Shown here: piece by piece, positions 40,192 through 53,523 of the stretch | How positions within the stretch are numbered: position 1 is the stretch's first letter | Layout of the letters: each line of letters starts with the position of its first letter | NCBI GenBank assembly: GCA_051294905.1 | Contig: CM119374.1 | Coordinates: 17,174,001 to 17,238,000 of the forward strand | Origin: Botryllus schlosseri | Lineage: Eukaryota | DNA: 64,000 bases | Reading direction: 5' to 3' | Notes under the pieces: model-generated | What the model was told of the DNA's origin: nothing | Database searches by the model: none | The model's input: the letters and a program-made list of their open reading frames with translations, nothing else | Made by a program: the position numbers and the translations under genes

Positions 40192-41398
40192 CAGTGGTTC
40201 TCAACCGGGGGTCCGCAAAGCATTTCCAGGAGGTCCGCGAAGCCTAAAAATAGTTGATAAGCTAATTCGTATTTTTTAAATTCGGAAAATCACGAGGAAG
40301 TTTCGCTCCATTATTAGTAAAGCTCCAGAGCTCACATCAACATAATGGCAGTCAGAGATGAAATATATTACTGTATATTCATTTTAATTGTTAAATAGCC
40401 ATTAGCCTATGGATACAAACACTTTCCTGTTTGCAGAGGTTGCAGATGTTGGGGATTGCGGAAAAAATAGATGAGTAAGTTCACTCACGGTGACTTCGAA
40501 ATGTTTACAAAAATCTATTTTATCCTTGGATATATATAAATATTTTCCATAATAACTTCAAGATCAGCTGCTATGTGCTACATAGAAATGACCAGGCTTG
40601 ACGTTTCAGGGGCGGGCAACTTCTCCAGTCGGCGGGCCAGATATGGGGAAATTAAGTAGCCTACTTGGCGGGCCGGATTCCTGAATTTATACATAAATCG
40701 CGTGTTTGTCCACTTAAAGTAGAGACCAAAAACAGTATTTATTGGATTACTCGTAATGTAATTCATTAGCTGTTGAAGTCAATGAGACATCTGTGGTAAT
40801 CGAAGTTGTCAACAAGTTCTTTAAACTCTGTCTGCATGTCAGACGTAGAAACCCGTGGGAAACAATGTACGTGAACGTCAGTTAGATTGGTAATGTTTAT
40901 GGCCGAAAATGTTTGCTCGCAAATATATGTAGACCTGCGGGTCACATTACCACGGAAGGCCGTATGATGCCCGCCCCTGCGCTACATGTTCAGTAAAAAC
41001 TTTGTCAATTTTGGTGCCATATTTGTTGCGATCATACCCAAATGTGTCGTTGGAAGCGTTACGCTCTTTTGTTACATTCACCAACACCTATATTTGTGGA
41101 AAAAGATTTTCGGCACTCGTTAATATCCTATCGAAGGCGCGGATTTTCAAGACACGACCACGTATTTCAAGAAATGCAAATGCACAATTCGCTTTCAAGT
41201 AATAGAAGTCAAATCAATTTCTACATTGATAGTATGATTATTTTCATGAATAGTCATTTTGTTGCTGTTTGTCACTAAGGTTATAGTTATCATTTGTACT
41301 ATAATTGAGCTATATTTGAATTAAAATTTTGTAGGGGTCCGCGGGGTCCGTGACGGTTCGAAAGGGGTCCGTGAAGACAAAAAGGTTCAGAACCACTG
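40192..41398 (+). mobile_element. hAT (Charlie-like) element with transposase dimerisation-domain remnant
   Basis: TIR CAGTGGTTCTCAACC / GGTTCAGAACCACTG. SYPNVSLEALRSFVTFTNTYICGKRFSAL (about 41030-41120) matches the hAT C-terminal YP.L...A...L..F.TTYLCE.GFS motif. Confidence 0.8.
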
Positions 41399-41775
41399 CT
41401 CTAGCACCATATACTCGCAAAAATCGGTTGCATTCTTTACATTTTGCCTTCGATTTTAATTTTTGAAAATCCACCGGTCCGCCAAATATTTTTTTAAATT
41501 TTACTGGTTGGCGAAGTGAAAAAGGTTTTACCACTGGCCTAATATAGACGATGTGAAAAGAGGCATGCACACTGAATGAAAAGCAAAGCAGAGAATATAA
41601 AAGGCAAGCGACAAAATGAGGTGGCATGTGGCGGAAGGTGAGATCGATATGCTAGGTCGTTGTCCGGTAATCTTGAGGGCTGACTATAGTATTCATTTGG
41701 AAGAAATTGCGGATGAGTTTTTTTTTTTTGCAAAAAAAGTGCGGATGGCGCCCAAAAGGTTGAAAAGCACTTAAT

Positions 41776-41796
41776 CAGGGATATCTAGATATCCTG
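41776..41796. repeat. 21-bp palindrome CAGGGATATCTAGATATCCTG with 8-bp flanking repeat
   Basis: Flanks CACTTAAT / CACTGAAT (7/8). Confidence 0.7.
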
Positions 41797-42781
41797 CACT
41801 GAATTATTGGATTTGGTCGTTGATTACGGCCAACAGCGTCGTCATTTTCGCGGACAAGGGACACCGTTATCCTACCCACCTAATACATACTTTTGAAATG
41901 AAAAAGAGATACCAACAAACACGATATTAAAAACAAAAATGTCAGATTTTCTTAACAAAATCCCAATATCCAGATCTGCGGGGCCGCGACGACCTTGCCG
42001 CCGGTCCGCCACGTATATATTAGACTTTAATACCTTAATTTAAAGATTAAAAAAGACTCTACCATAAATAAAATAAATGAACCTTCAAATTTCAAACTGA
42101 TTCAAAACTTCGTGTGGTGGCATTAGGGCTGGAAACACGTTCGATTTGACTTGAAGATCAAGACGTGCATTTGACGACGTGAGACTGACAAATACGAGCT
42201 GACTCGCTAAACCCCGCAGTTTGTGCGATCACTCGCATTCGATTTATTCATTTTGTGCAGGACCGTAACTGCGGCCAAACCCCCCAAATTATTTCGCCAA
42301 TGACCATAAATTATAGATTATTTCTTCAAACCTTATCCAACACTTTATAAATTTTTGCGCGCTTTGCGCGACTTAGTGTCACTAGATGTCTCGCTCATTG
42401 GGCGACCTTCTCCAAGAACTACACACGATTTGTAGAAATAGGCATTTCTTCGTCAGCCGTTACCGCGCTACGACGCACTAACACATAATGAAGTTTAGGC
42501 TAACATGGGACTCCGAAAGTTCTGCCAAAAAATTCGGCAACGAGAAAACCTGGACCGAAAAGGACTTCCCTTTGTTGACTGAAAACTTTGATACATATAG
42601 GCTAGTCCAGTGGTTCTCAACCTTTTTGACCTCGCGGCACCCTTTGGAAATGAAAAATAGTTCGCGGCACACCATCACAGTGTTTCTGAACTTTTTTGGC
42701 TTACGGCACCTGCAAACTACCAGAATGCTTATTAGCACCCAGTAGTAACGCCGACTAATGTGACCATGACCACCCCTGCAG

Positions 42782-43085
42782 TAGGGCTGTTCAAAAATAA
42801 CTTTTTTTCCCGGATTCCAGCCATTCACTGATTAAATTGTCAGGTTACCCTAAAAAACGCTGCACACCAAATTTGGTTCGATTCTAACAAGTACAGGACT
42901 CCACAGATCCAACTAAAATTTTTAATTTATTATGGAAAATTGAAAAAAAAAAATTCCAAATTTTTCTGCCAACCCCATGAAATTGTTGAGCTGTCTTCAA
43001 AGACGTTGCAAAACAAATTTGAGTCAATTCCGACCAGTAGAAGCGGAGTTATGTGAGTTTTTCGATGAGAATCCTCGGACTATCA
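42782..43085 (+). mobile_element. One-armed family A-related element
   Basis: Starts TAGGGCTGTTCAAAAATAAC; collinear with 15633-15927, and both stop at CTCGGA(T/C)TATC. Confidence 0.6.
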
Positions 43086-43445
43086 TTGATCGTTGGATAA
43101 TCGGTACATGATACTGCATTTATAATATGCACGTGGTCTTATTTGTTCAGCGTCACAACTTATGAAGAGTACAGCCAACAATATAACTTGCCCAACTCAC
43201 TATCAGAAAGAATATATACACGGTGTATTTGGTCATTCTAGAATTGTGTTGAAGTATTTCTGGATATCTCAACTGCCGTAGCATATTTCCGAGCTGAATC
43301 CCAAAGTGCTGTGTATCACTCGAGCTGCGATTAACATGACCAATGACCATGTAAACTCGATTACTTTGGCAAGCCGTCTCATGACGTCACTCCAAGACGA
43401 CTTGGCTTCAAGAAAATGGGCTTACTGTCGATGTCGACTCGACTC

Positions 43446-43714
43446 CAGAGATGGGCGGATTCCCAAATTTCGGGATCCGAATCTATCCGGATCCGGCTGG
43501 CAATGTGAGATTCGGAGTCCGGCTGTTGAAGGTCCAGCTTGGAATCCGAAAAAATCCTGCCATAACAATGCTTATTAATCATATTGCAGCAAAAAATCCG
43601 GCTAAAATCCGACCATCACCGCAAATTCAAAATCCGGATCCAGTCCGGCCAGGTAAAAATTCAATGAAATCCTGCTCCGGCTCCGGCTCCTGAACCGGAC
43701 TGTGGCCATCTCTG
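43446..43714. mobile_element. MITE with ATCCGG repeats upstream of MFSD10
   Basis: TIR CAGAGATGG / CCATCTCTG with many internal ATCCGG/GGATCC motifs; no exact TSD. Confidence 0.6.
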
Positions 43715-44313
43715 CAGTCGACTCTCGCTCTCTCACTCTGCTAGTGAGTGGTCGCGCTCTGTCGCTTTGCTGCTGCTCCTCTGCTGCTGCGGTTGTTTAT
43801 ATTGCTTACTACACCAGTCACTTGCTGACTTGCAGTGCGGTGGGCCGTGCGGAGTAGGATACTTGTGGAGCTGCTGCAGCAGCGGCGTATATGTTTTACT
43901 TTTCTTTGAGTTAGCTTCATAGCTTGTTAGTCGCGTGTGACTAATTTATATATGTGAATCGAATGCCTAAACCCATATGATATGATACGCATACAACCAA
44001 ATTGGCCGTGCGTGTGAACTGGTACTCAAACTCAATCGAGTGACGAGTGGGAATGAAATTACTTGACTTGCCGAAATATACGAACCTCTTTTGTTTCCAG
44101 GTATCGTATATTAGTAAAATTGAAAGCGATAAGCTCGATATCTGCCTGTAAACACGAGATTTAGCGTATGTGCTAGCTCGTAGCTCCTATGCGATTAAGA
44201 ATCAGCAGCGACCCAATTCCCTTTGCCAATCGACATACAGCAATCACAAGGTTGTATATTATAAATGAATTCAAACGTATTGATGCAAGTAATATAATGC
44301 TGAAATTTTGCAG

Positions 44314-47300
44314 ATGACTTCAGAGCGAGATGAGACAAGTCACATTTCCAAAGTCATATTTTTCTCTCTACTTATTGACCTGTTTGGATTCACAGTCATT
44401 TTGCCGTTGTTCCCGTCTATATTGCAATTCTACAAAGTCAATGACAAGGTAACAGAACATTGAAGCTTGTTTTGCGGTAACGTTGTTTAGACAATTTTTG
44501 ATTTTTTGCGTATTAATAATTATTTCTTGAAATTAGAAAATACTAAGAGATATTTCGAGAAATTTGATTGGAAGCCTGTTTCAAGTCCATTCCACTTTTC
44601 CATCAATTAAAAGATTGGTTTAGATATTAAGATCTGATGAGGCATTGTATTTAAACAGGACCCTAAAACTACTGTTCCTCCTATATGCGAGTAATTACCA
44701 TTAGGCTGTAGTGAGTTAGCTCTTTCTGTTGTGCGCTAATATGCTGAGGTATCGAAAGTCATTGTTCATGTGCTTTGTATCCAGGGAACGCTGTATTTGT
44801 CGATGGAAAGCGCAGTCATGTCTTTCAGAACTTTGATTGGGATTCCAGAAACTGAAGATGTTAATTCGGTGTTGTTTGGCGGTAAGCTAATTTTCAGATA
44901 CAAAAGACATAACGTGCTGGCTTTTTGGGAAAAAAATTAGTATGAAAATATGTACTGACACCTTTTTAAGTCCAGTTGCTTCAAGATGTGTTATCTCGAT
45001 ACATTAGGATACGGTCACAGGCCCTGCATGGTTTGCTATAAGCAGTTTCACATTGTTTGTAATAATTTGCTTGTATTAATTGCGAGTTGCTGCAGGGTAT
45101 GTCAAATGACAATAATATTATACCAGGTATATCATACCTTGTCTATTATTGGCCAATTGCAATCCTCACCACATCAAATTGATCCGTTGCATGTCAAGTG
45201 TGCTGCTTGCAAGTATCAACCAATTTGTTATTTGCATGGCATAGCACGGATTTTAGTCCGTTCAAATTTGATGTGATGTGAGCTACGAGAAATCGATCAA
45301 TCTACAGGATACGCTCCTCACAAATCTGACTGCAGTAAAACGTTAGGTATAATATCAACCGGTTTCCTGTTACATGAGGATGCATTTAGTTGAAGATTTT
45401 AAGCCAGCATTGAATTGTGTCATTGTGCGCTTAGATCAATATTTGCTAGTTTCATTGATCAATGTATAGCAGTGATTCCCAGAGAAACGTGATTGATTCT
45501 TGACCCAAGAAAATTCTCCTACTCAATGTTCCCTGCCGGAATATCTAATTCAGCTTTTGAAATGTTTAAAATAGAGTGTTCCTACATATAAGATGGCTCC
45601 TTATTCTGAGAAGTTCGCATTACGTTAAAAAGTGTGTGTCTTGAAAGCGAGTCATTTGAACAGCTGTTCCAAAAATATGAGGTTTAATAGTGGGTCGCTC
45701 CATAGCGATCCTTTAATGCATCGTTTAACCTTTTCAGCGCTCGTACCCTTTTAACTTTTAATACCCTTGTCCATTTTCCAGTCAACTTCTGAAGTTATAC
45801 TACAACTGGTTCTCTGCAACTCATCTTTTCGCAGATTCCCATAAAAGCTTAGCATTTCTTTCTATGTGTGTGAGACTTGGGTCTTGAGACGTAGCTTAAC
45901 TCTGATTAGATAATCACTGATTAGAGCAACCTCTATTCTAAGCATATGACGCTGTTGCCTGATTACTGCAGTAAAAATAATGATATCCCTTAAATTTACA
46001 GGGATGATCGGGTCGTTATTTTCATTCCTGCAATTTGTCAACTCCCCCCTTTTCGGGGCAGCTTCAGACGTTTACGGACGGAAACCAATGATTCTAACAT
46101 CCCTAATCGGCAGTTCCGTAGCCTATGTGTTTTGGGCATGTTCCGATTCCTTCCTGCTTTTCCTGATTGCAAGGACCATTGCCGGCATTAGCGAGGCCAA
46201 CGTCAGCATCAGCACGGCTGTTATCGCCGACTTGAAATCGGACAAAGCAAGGTCGAAGGGGATGGTAAGGCGTTGCTCTGTGATATGCGAAAAATGGTAG
46301 CGGTGTCGCAAATAATGATAACTCATGGGCTGCACTTTGATGTCTAGATGTTGCTGGAGTAAAGAAAAATATACCGTATACCTAATTTTGTTGTAATGTA
46401 TTTTGAACTGATATTGTATACTCGAGAGCATGCATTAGATTAAATTTTAATTTACCAGTGCTCAAGAGTCGTTGGCAAACTTCCCACTTACCTTTTGTTG
46501 CGTCTCTTCCTGGACGGGCCCCTTTAACAACAACGGTCATGCCAGGTTATAAAATTGTCTATGCATCCAGACTATGACTGATAGTGAATTTGTGCCCTCT
46601 GCTGCTGGATTGGTGATTTGATTTCTTGGATTGAATAAATCTTGATGCTTTATAATTTATAACTATTGCCTGACCTAGTTTCACACCAGTCTGTAGATGG
46701 ACCCGAATTTACAAAGTTTTTCTCTACAAATAGAATCAAAGTCGTGTCGTGGAATATGGTGAATAAGCATTGTTTGGACTCTTTTTCACATCTTTCATTC
46801 AGGGCAGTTGTTTTTGCCTTAATGTACTGATGATTGTGAGTCAATCATTCGTATGTGGCTATATGCACGATTGCACATTAGGGCTCCTCAAAAATCACTT
46901 TTTTTCTCAAATCGTACTGGCTACTTGATAAAATTGTTAGGTTACCTAATTTAAGCCTACACACAAAATTTGGTTCAATTCCTGCCAGTAACCGCTTTGC
47001 TACAGGAGAGGAAAGTTTCTATTTATTTTATAAAAATAAATAATATAAAATTTGAAATCTTTCTGTTCACCCCATGAAAGTGTTAGGCTGTGTAATGTGT
47101 ATAGAAACGATCCTCACCAAATTTGGTTCAATTCCAACCAGTGGAAGCGGAGTTATTGCCGTCGAAAAATCTTGATTTGAATAAAATAGTATTTACGGTG
47201 AGCACAACTATAATAAATAAACAAAGAAAGGTCACCGTAAATACTATTTTATTCAAATCCACTGGTTGGAATTGAACCAAATTTGGTGAGCATAGTTTCT

Positions 47301-50300
47301 ATACACAGCCTAACACTTTCATGGGATGAATAGAAAATTTTCAAATTTTTTATTATTATTTTTATATAATAAATAGAAACTTTCTTCTCCTGTAGCAAAG
47401 CGGTTACTGGCTGGAATTGAACCAAAATTTGTGTGTAGGCTTAAATTAGGTAACCTAACAATTTTATCAAGTAGCCAGTACGATTTAAGAAAAAAAGTCA
47501 TTTTTGAAGAGCCCTATTGCACATGCACAATTGACGCCGTTAAAACGTTTCTGTGTCAATTTTAGAACTTTTGTTTCACCGCACTGTTTTTAGGCAGCTA
47601 TTGGCGTGGCGTTTTCTATCGCGTTTGTCTTCGGACCGCTGATCGGCGCTGGATTCGCCAAAATGTTATCGGGATCGAGCAATTTCTTTGTAGCGCCCGC
47701 TCTGTTCAGCTTGTCGTTGACAGTGATCGATATCGTTTACGTAGCTGGATACATGCCTGAGACATTGAAGCGAAGTAGTCGGGTATGTTCTTGTTCTGTG
47801 TGTTCATCGTCTTAACGGTAATTGGTCTAGGATTCTGTAATTGAAGAGCTTCTTGGAGGTCCAGAACTTCAATATACATTATACAATTGAATAGTATATT
47901 CACATTGAAATAAACCCGAATATTTTCGGCTGACACTCGTCAAGGGTAATCGTCAGCAACTAGTAGAGAATTGGAAAGAACATAGTATATCAACAATCGT
48001 ATCACAAAATATGACGTCACCAGCATGAAATTTCAAACGAGAGAGCGTTCGATGCACTATTTTCAGGTGGTGCACGAGCTCCTTTTGTTGACAGAGTTTG
48101 GATTGGTGTATTTTGATAAAAGTCGACTCCAAGGCACACAAATTGAAGTGTGAACGGCCCCTCCCAACGACGCGAAATCTGTCGCCTCGATAATTATTCG
48201 CACAAATCGTAATTCTGTAATTGCTGAACGCAACACATGCCAGTTACTTGATTAGATTATGCAGAATGCTCTATCGTTTGTGGCCAGGCCTTGATTTTGC
48301 ACGATTGAATTATTCCAAGAGCTCTGCGAAGGGTTGCACCACGTTTTTTGGCTGCTAGATCACTTCTCATTTCATGTCGCCAAATTATCTGCACCTCACC
48401 TACCATTCAATTGTTGGATTATTCTTAATGATTTTACAGAAGGTTCCGCCAGAGGATCTGTCCAACCATTATTAATAATGACTCAAAAAGCTCAGGATAC
48501 CGAAGAGATGCATTATTTCAAAATTCTAATTGTGAATGTCGGGAAACCTTATTTTCCTCAGACACGATACATTAAAACGCAACATCTGTTTCATGTTTCG
48601 TCGTTTCATTATTGTATCGTTGATATAATTATTTTGAAATTGTTAACAAGCGGGTGAAAAAGCATTCATATTACTGTCATATATTTTCGAAAATCTGTCC
48701 TATTTGTATTGTCACTCGTTCTTTTGCACCGTGCGATTTCAAATGAAGTCGCATCCGTTCAGCCGCTTAAAGGCATGCGACCACTTGACTAAATCTACTA
48801 TTGGAAAGATTGAAACTACTTGATTACTTTCAGACTTTTGTTTTCCATTTCTACATGTAATTAAGTATGTAGGTACTTGTGTGTGTACTCGAGTACAAAT
48901 GCTGCTTACTTTGCCCGCCTCAGTCGTTACATGTTTATGTACGTGCTAAAATTGAGATCGTTATTTTTCTGTAACAGGCGACATCGGTAACGTCCAGCTA
49001 TCGCGAGATATCGTACCTCATCAATCCCGTGTCGTTGTTTCAGTTTAGCGCCGTTACCTCTACGATAGATTCCCCGAAAAGAGGTAAAACCTTACAAGAT
49101 TGAGACTAAGGGACAGTGCCGTTCACCTATGCATAATTCTGTTTGACAAGGGTCGTCGCTGCGCCAGCTTGGATCCATCTATTTCATGTACCTGTTCATT
49201 TTTTCCGGGTTGGAATTCACCCTCACTTTTCTGACACACAACAGGTAGACTACTTTTCGCTTGATTCCTCAGAAATTGCTGCAGTGCCCTAGAATTTTTT
49301 TTTTTGTGACTGGTCTTTGATACCCTAACTTATCTATTGCCGAGTTCAGCTTGAAAACATCATTATTATTTGTCTTATGGTAATCTGGCCAAAATTTTCA
49401 TTACCGTTTTTTTTGCTATTCTGGATTAGAGAGTTAAGTCCAAGAACAAATACAGACTTCACTCTAATCATATCCAAATTGAGTGTTCACTATCAATCAA
49501 TCGACAGATTATATTTTGATCTGCCCAAGACACACACAGTATACAACTTATTAAACCAGGAATACTTGAATATTTCTTTGCCCGAATTTTCAATCGTGTC
49601 GGTTGCAGATTCAATTTCACGCAAATCGACCAGGGAAAGATGTTTGCGGTGCTCGGTTTGACCATGGCGCTCGTACAAGGCGGGTATATCCGTAGGAGAA
49701 TGGCCGGGAAGGAAAAGAGATTAGCTTTAAACGTGAGTGTGTAGGTTTCGTTTTTTATTTGGGTTTATTCCATCTTAGCGAATTAACCAGAGGTGGTCAG
49801 CAAGGAATTGAGTACTCAAGTAGGTTTTTACGTATTTGCACTTTTTACTAAAGTGGCCTTGTCTTATAGTGATTCCACTTTTACGTAGCAGTTTTTAGGC
49901 AAATTAAACTTCTAGTTGACAGTATTTTAGGCAATCTACCTTTTACGCTTTGTATATTGTACAGCAGAAACTAGTTTTCGGGTATGTCTGCATCACTTTT
50001 ATGATTGAGCAATAAATGTACGTTCGAAGATTGCACCTATTTGTAGTGAAATTGATCATTTTGCATTAATTGCTAGGATGCACTTTGCAATTTTGGAAGT
50101 AGAAACCGCCGATTATCTGCTGAAGTACTTCCTCATTAGTAATTTTACACTTTTACTTGAAGTGCTTTTGATGTTTTGGAAATTCCTATATCTATTTGTA
50201 ACTGAGTAGAAATTTCTGGCCCAACTCAGTGTAGTAATTTTACCCTTTTCGTTCCAGGGCATGTTACTCCTCATCCCCGGCTTTATCATTGTGGGATTCG

Positions 50301-53092
50301 CCACCAATGTGGCTACTGTTTACCTGGGACTAATCCTTTTTGCTTTCGGTAAGACATCGATCAATTTTTATAGTCAGCGTTGGTTTATGAATTGAGTTGA
50401 CCTGAGCACAGCGATTCCAGTGCTCTAGAGTAGAGTATCAACTGTATTGTAGTGCAGAGTGGTAAAATTGATCTTCTTGAATAGCGAAAAATACGGTTTC
50501 AATCGAATTCTTAGGGTTAGCTTACAGCCTCCAAACCTTAGTTGGCCATAGCTCAGCATCGAAAAACATACCGCGCAAGGCTACAAATGTTACTGGTGGC
50601 ACTTCCTCTCAAGTAGTGATTGACCGTCGCATTGGTCACACAGCGATACGGAATAGTTTTGGTCCATGAATACAAAATTATTTCAGATGGGGTGTGGCTG
50701 ACATCATTTTCCTTATGCCGCAATAAGTATAAACATGCATCAGCTTTATGACTCATTTTAGCGAGGAGATTTGTTTTCAAACGTATTTTAAAGCCCAATT
50801 TATCAAGTCTCGTTTGCCCAAAGGTTTTCATCCTATTGTTGAAGTGTGACGATGGCATTAGAAGGCAGCATTAGTTGTCGTTATGTGTTAGTCACGAAGA
50901 CCTGTGTTTCAAGTTATAAGGGAAGTTTAGCTTTCGGCCAATTCAAGTTCCGGATTCTAGGTCCCAAGTTAGTTAGTTTTTGTGTTTTGACTGCACATCA
51001 AGGTACTTTCCATTCTCTACGTGTCAGCCTGTCCTGCGGAAAGCATTGCTCCTAGTTGTATTTGAATAGGAATTTACAACACTACTTCTGCTTTTAGGAA
51101 TGCTATTGATAAGCGTAAGCGAAGTGCCTTCTATGATAACATAACTGGTACAAGAGCTTTTGTGTGTGAAGGAAATAGATTTGGGGGAGTTTCCTTTCTC
51201 TATGTGCGTCAACAAATCCGATCTGGTTTCCACTTACCTGACCTTATATCAACAAGGTCTTGGGTTATTAGTTGTTTCGCAGCAACTCGATCTATTAGAC
51301 TTTCTAGTAGCATGAATTTACTATCATTTCAATTTTGGTACTATGCTGGACTTAGTATATTTTAGTTTCACTGCTGTGTTTGCTTGTAAGATTTTATTAG
51401 TTGACATAACTGGTAATCGTAGGATCAGCTGTAAAATATGGGGCTCAAATACTCATAGTGCTTGTTGAAATCTGTGTATTTTTGTCTGTCACGTTGGAAT
51501 CTGGCTATTAACGATTACAACTGGTCAAATCACCAACCATACCAACCTTGCAATGACAATTTTCAGATCCTTATGGTGGATTATTATATGTTATCGATAT
51601 CAACAATCATGGTTCCACGGCGTAACTGAAATCCTCGAGCCATATTGCCACGAATGAAATAAATTACTAATCACATATTCAAATACTCTGAAAGTTACAA
51701 TTTAAGGCTTGGAAAATATGAACTGTACTTACGTTCTAGCAGGCGTTTTTCATTTTCTTCTAGCAGTTTCATGATTGATACCTGTTCATTCGAGAATTCA
51801 GTAAACTTTACATGTGTAATCTTCCAATATAATTCAATTTAATGACTTTGATGGATGATGATGTACTGTTATCCGAATCGTGAAGTATTTTGTCTGTCTT
51901 TCAGCTGCTGCCTCTGTCGTGCCATGTTTGTCTTCCCTGGCAGCAACACACGGTGAGTATGAGCATATCTGTTTTCAATACGAACAACGAACACCGAGTT
52001 TTCTCGGGATGTGGCATTCGTAATAACAGTGCTATCAAATTGAGACCCGATGGTACATTGTTAATGAATCGGGTATTTCCGTCGACTAATTGTCAAAAAT
52101 GATGTTCACAAAGTCCCGCACAGTAGTTCAGGGGCCAGCATGCTTTTGCATTGTGGAACGGTAATACTACTAAGAAGACAAGCTAACATTATCTAGCAGT
52201 ATAATTTTGAAACCTGTGCTAATCTGAGCAAATATCTTGAAATTCTATTCCACAACCATTTGTGTGTCTTCTTGATACTAAATTATTACGCTGAAAACCA
52301 TCAATTTCACTCAAGGCCGCAACTTGGATGACACACTTTGATACTAAAGTGACCTTGATATTAAATATTTTCCTGATCTGCACTAGATATTGAATTTCTC
52401 AGCCCATTACACCACGAAATTAATAGAGACGGTTCATAACAACAAAATATTTCTAACTCTTTTTAGTACTAGAGTACCACCTGCACTACTTGAGCGTTTA
52501 TGTTTGTTGTACCGTTCATCAGTTTTTAGGTATAATTACGCACTACTACAGGTACTGACAACGGACTTTCAATTTTGTAAAGTCGACAGTAATTATGAGA
52601 TATCTTTGAGTTACTTTTACAAGGTAAACTGTCATATGGCCCCTGTATGACTGGAACTGAATATATTTTCGACCTCTCGGCCCACAGTACTTTTAAGATC
52701 TTTATTTTGTACTTTCACGTGTCAATAGTTTCGACGTGTCTTTGACATCGCGATACTTGCGATTGACCAGCGTTACTTCCATGGGAGTACCAATGCTGAC
52801 CACCTTGACTTCCTCTGGGAATGACTTCATAATTTCTAAGGTCCAACTGATTGTCTTATTGAATTATTACTCAGGTCTGGAATCTGAGAAAGGTCGCGTA
52901 ATGGGCATCGTTCGGTCGCTCGGAGCGCTCGCGCGCGCCACCGGGCCGATATGCGCCTCGGCGAGTTATTGGCTGTTTGGATCGCGATTCACGTACGTGC
53001 TCGGAGGTTTGCTGCTGATCGTTCCTCTGCTCTGTCTGAGAACTTTGCAAGTGACGACTGTCGAAAAGGTGAGATGGAGTTTGTTAAAATGA
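44314..53092 (+). CDS. MFSD10: Major facilitator superfamily transporter MFSD10 (TETRAN / tetracycline-transporter-like), 10 coding exons, about 454 aa
   Basis: Exons 44314-44448, 44785-44881, 46002-46264, 47594-47782, 48978-49083, 49151-49244, 49609-49732, 50258-50348, 51905-51952 and 52875-53092 join in frame (1365 nt). Motifs IDLFGFTVILPLFP, GAASDVYGRKP (MFS motif A), YLINPVSLFQFSAV, FIFSGLEFTLTFLTHNRF, GKMF, GIVRSLGALARATGP match MFSD10. Confidence 0.93.
44990..45720 (-). mobile_element. Degenerate LINE reverse-transcriptase remnant in MFSD10 intron 2
   Basis: Broken minus-strand frames give IFRQGTLS (G.RQG..LSP-like) and a later YL.GIIL-like stretch in RT order; many stops. Confidence 0.35.
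46879..47516. mobile_element. Palindromic hAT-type MITE (family A) in MFSD10 intron 3
   Basis: TAGGGCTC...GAGCCCTA termini, long inverted arms, perfect TSD TTGCACAT. Confidence 0.88.
50520..51350 (-). mobile_element. Degenerate CR1/L2-like LINE RT remnant in MFSD10 intron 8
   Basis: Minus-strand fragments SYVIIEGTSLTLINSIP (Q.V.I.G..S...GVPQGS-like) and KMSHKADACLYLLR...IILYSW...YRCV (KA..RLY.LR..LY....Y-like). Confidence 0.45.
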
Positions 53093-53347
53093 TGATGGGG
53101 CTCTGTCTGTTTTACGTTTGCCAATTGTTGGATCAGGGATGATCGATATGCAGTCGACAAGATTCATATTGCAATTTTAACAGCGGTCATTGGTAATTGG
53201 CTTGCAAATTGTTTCGACGGTGTAATGAATTCCTGTAACACATGCAAATGCAGTTTCTGGAATGGTATTTTAGGGTCGAGTTTCCCCCTCCATTGTTTTT
53301 ACACCAACGGTTATGAGACAAATAATTATTGTTATTAAAGACCTATA

Positions 53348-53523
53348 GAACCCTACAGCAAACTAGCTATCACATAAATAATATCATCACAATGTTTTAA
53401 TAGAAATATCGTCTTTTCTAGATGGCTATCACTAGGGAACCCGACAGCAAACTCGCAATTACATGAATTATATCACCGCACTACTTCAGCAGAAATATCG
53501 TCTCTTCTAGCTGGCTATCACTA
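53348..53523 (+). repeat. Two diverged tandem copies of an approximately 88-bp unit
   Basis: GAACC..CAGCAAACT...AGAAATATCGTCT.TTCTAG.TGGCTATCACTA occurs twice head to tail. Confidence 0.7.
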
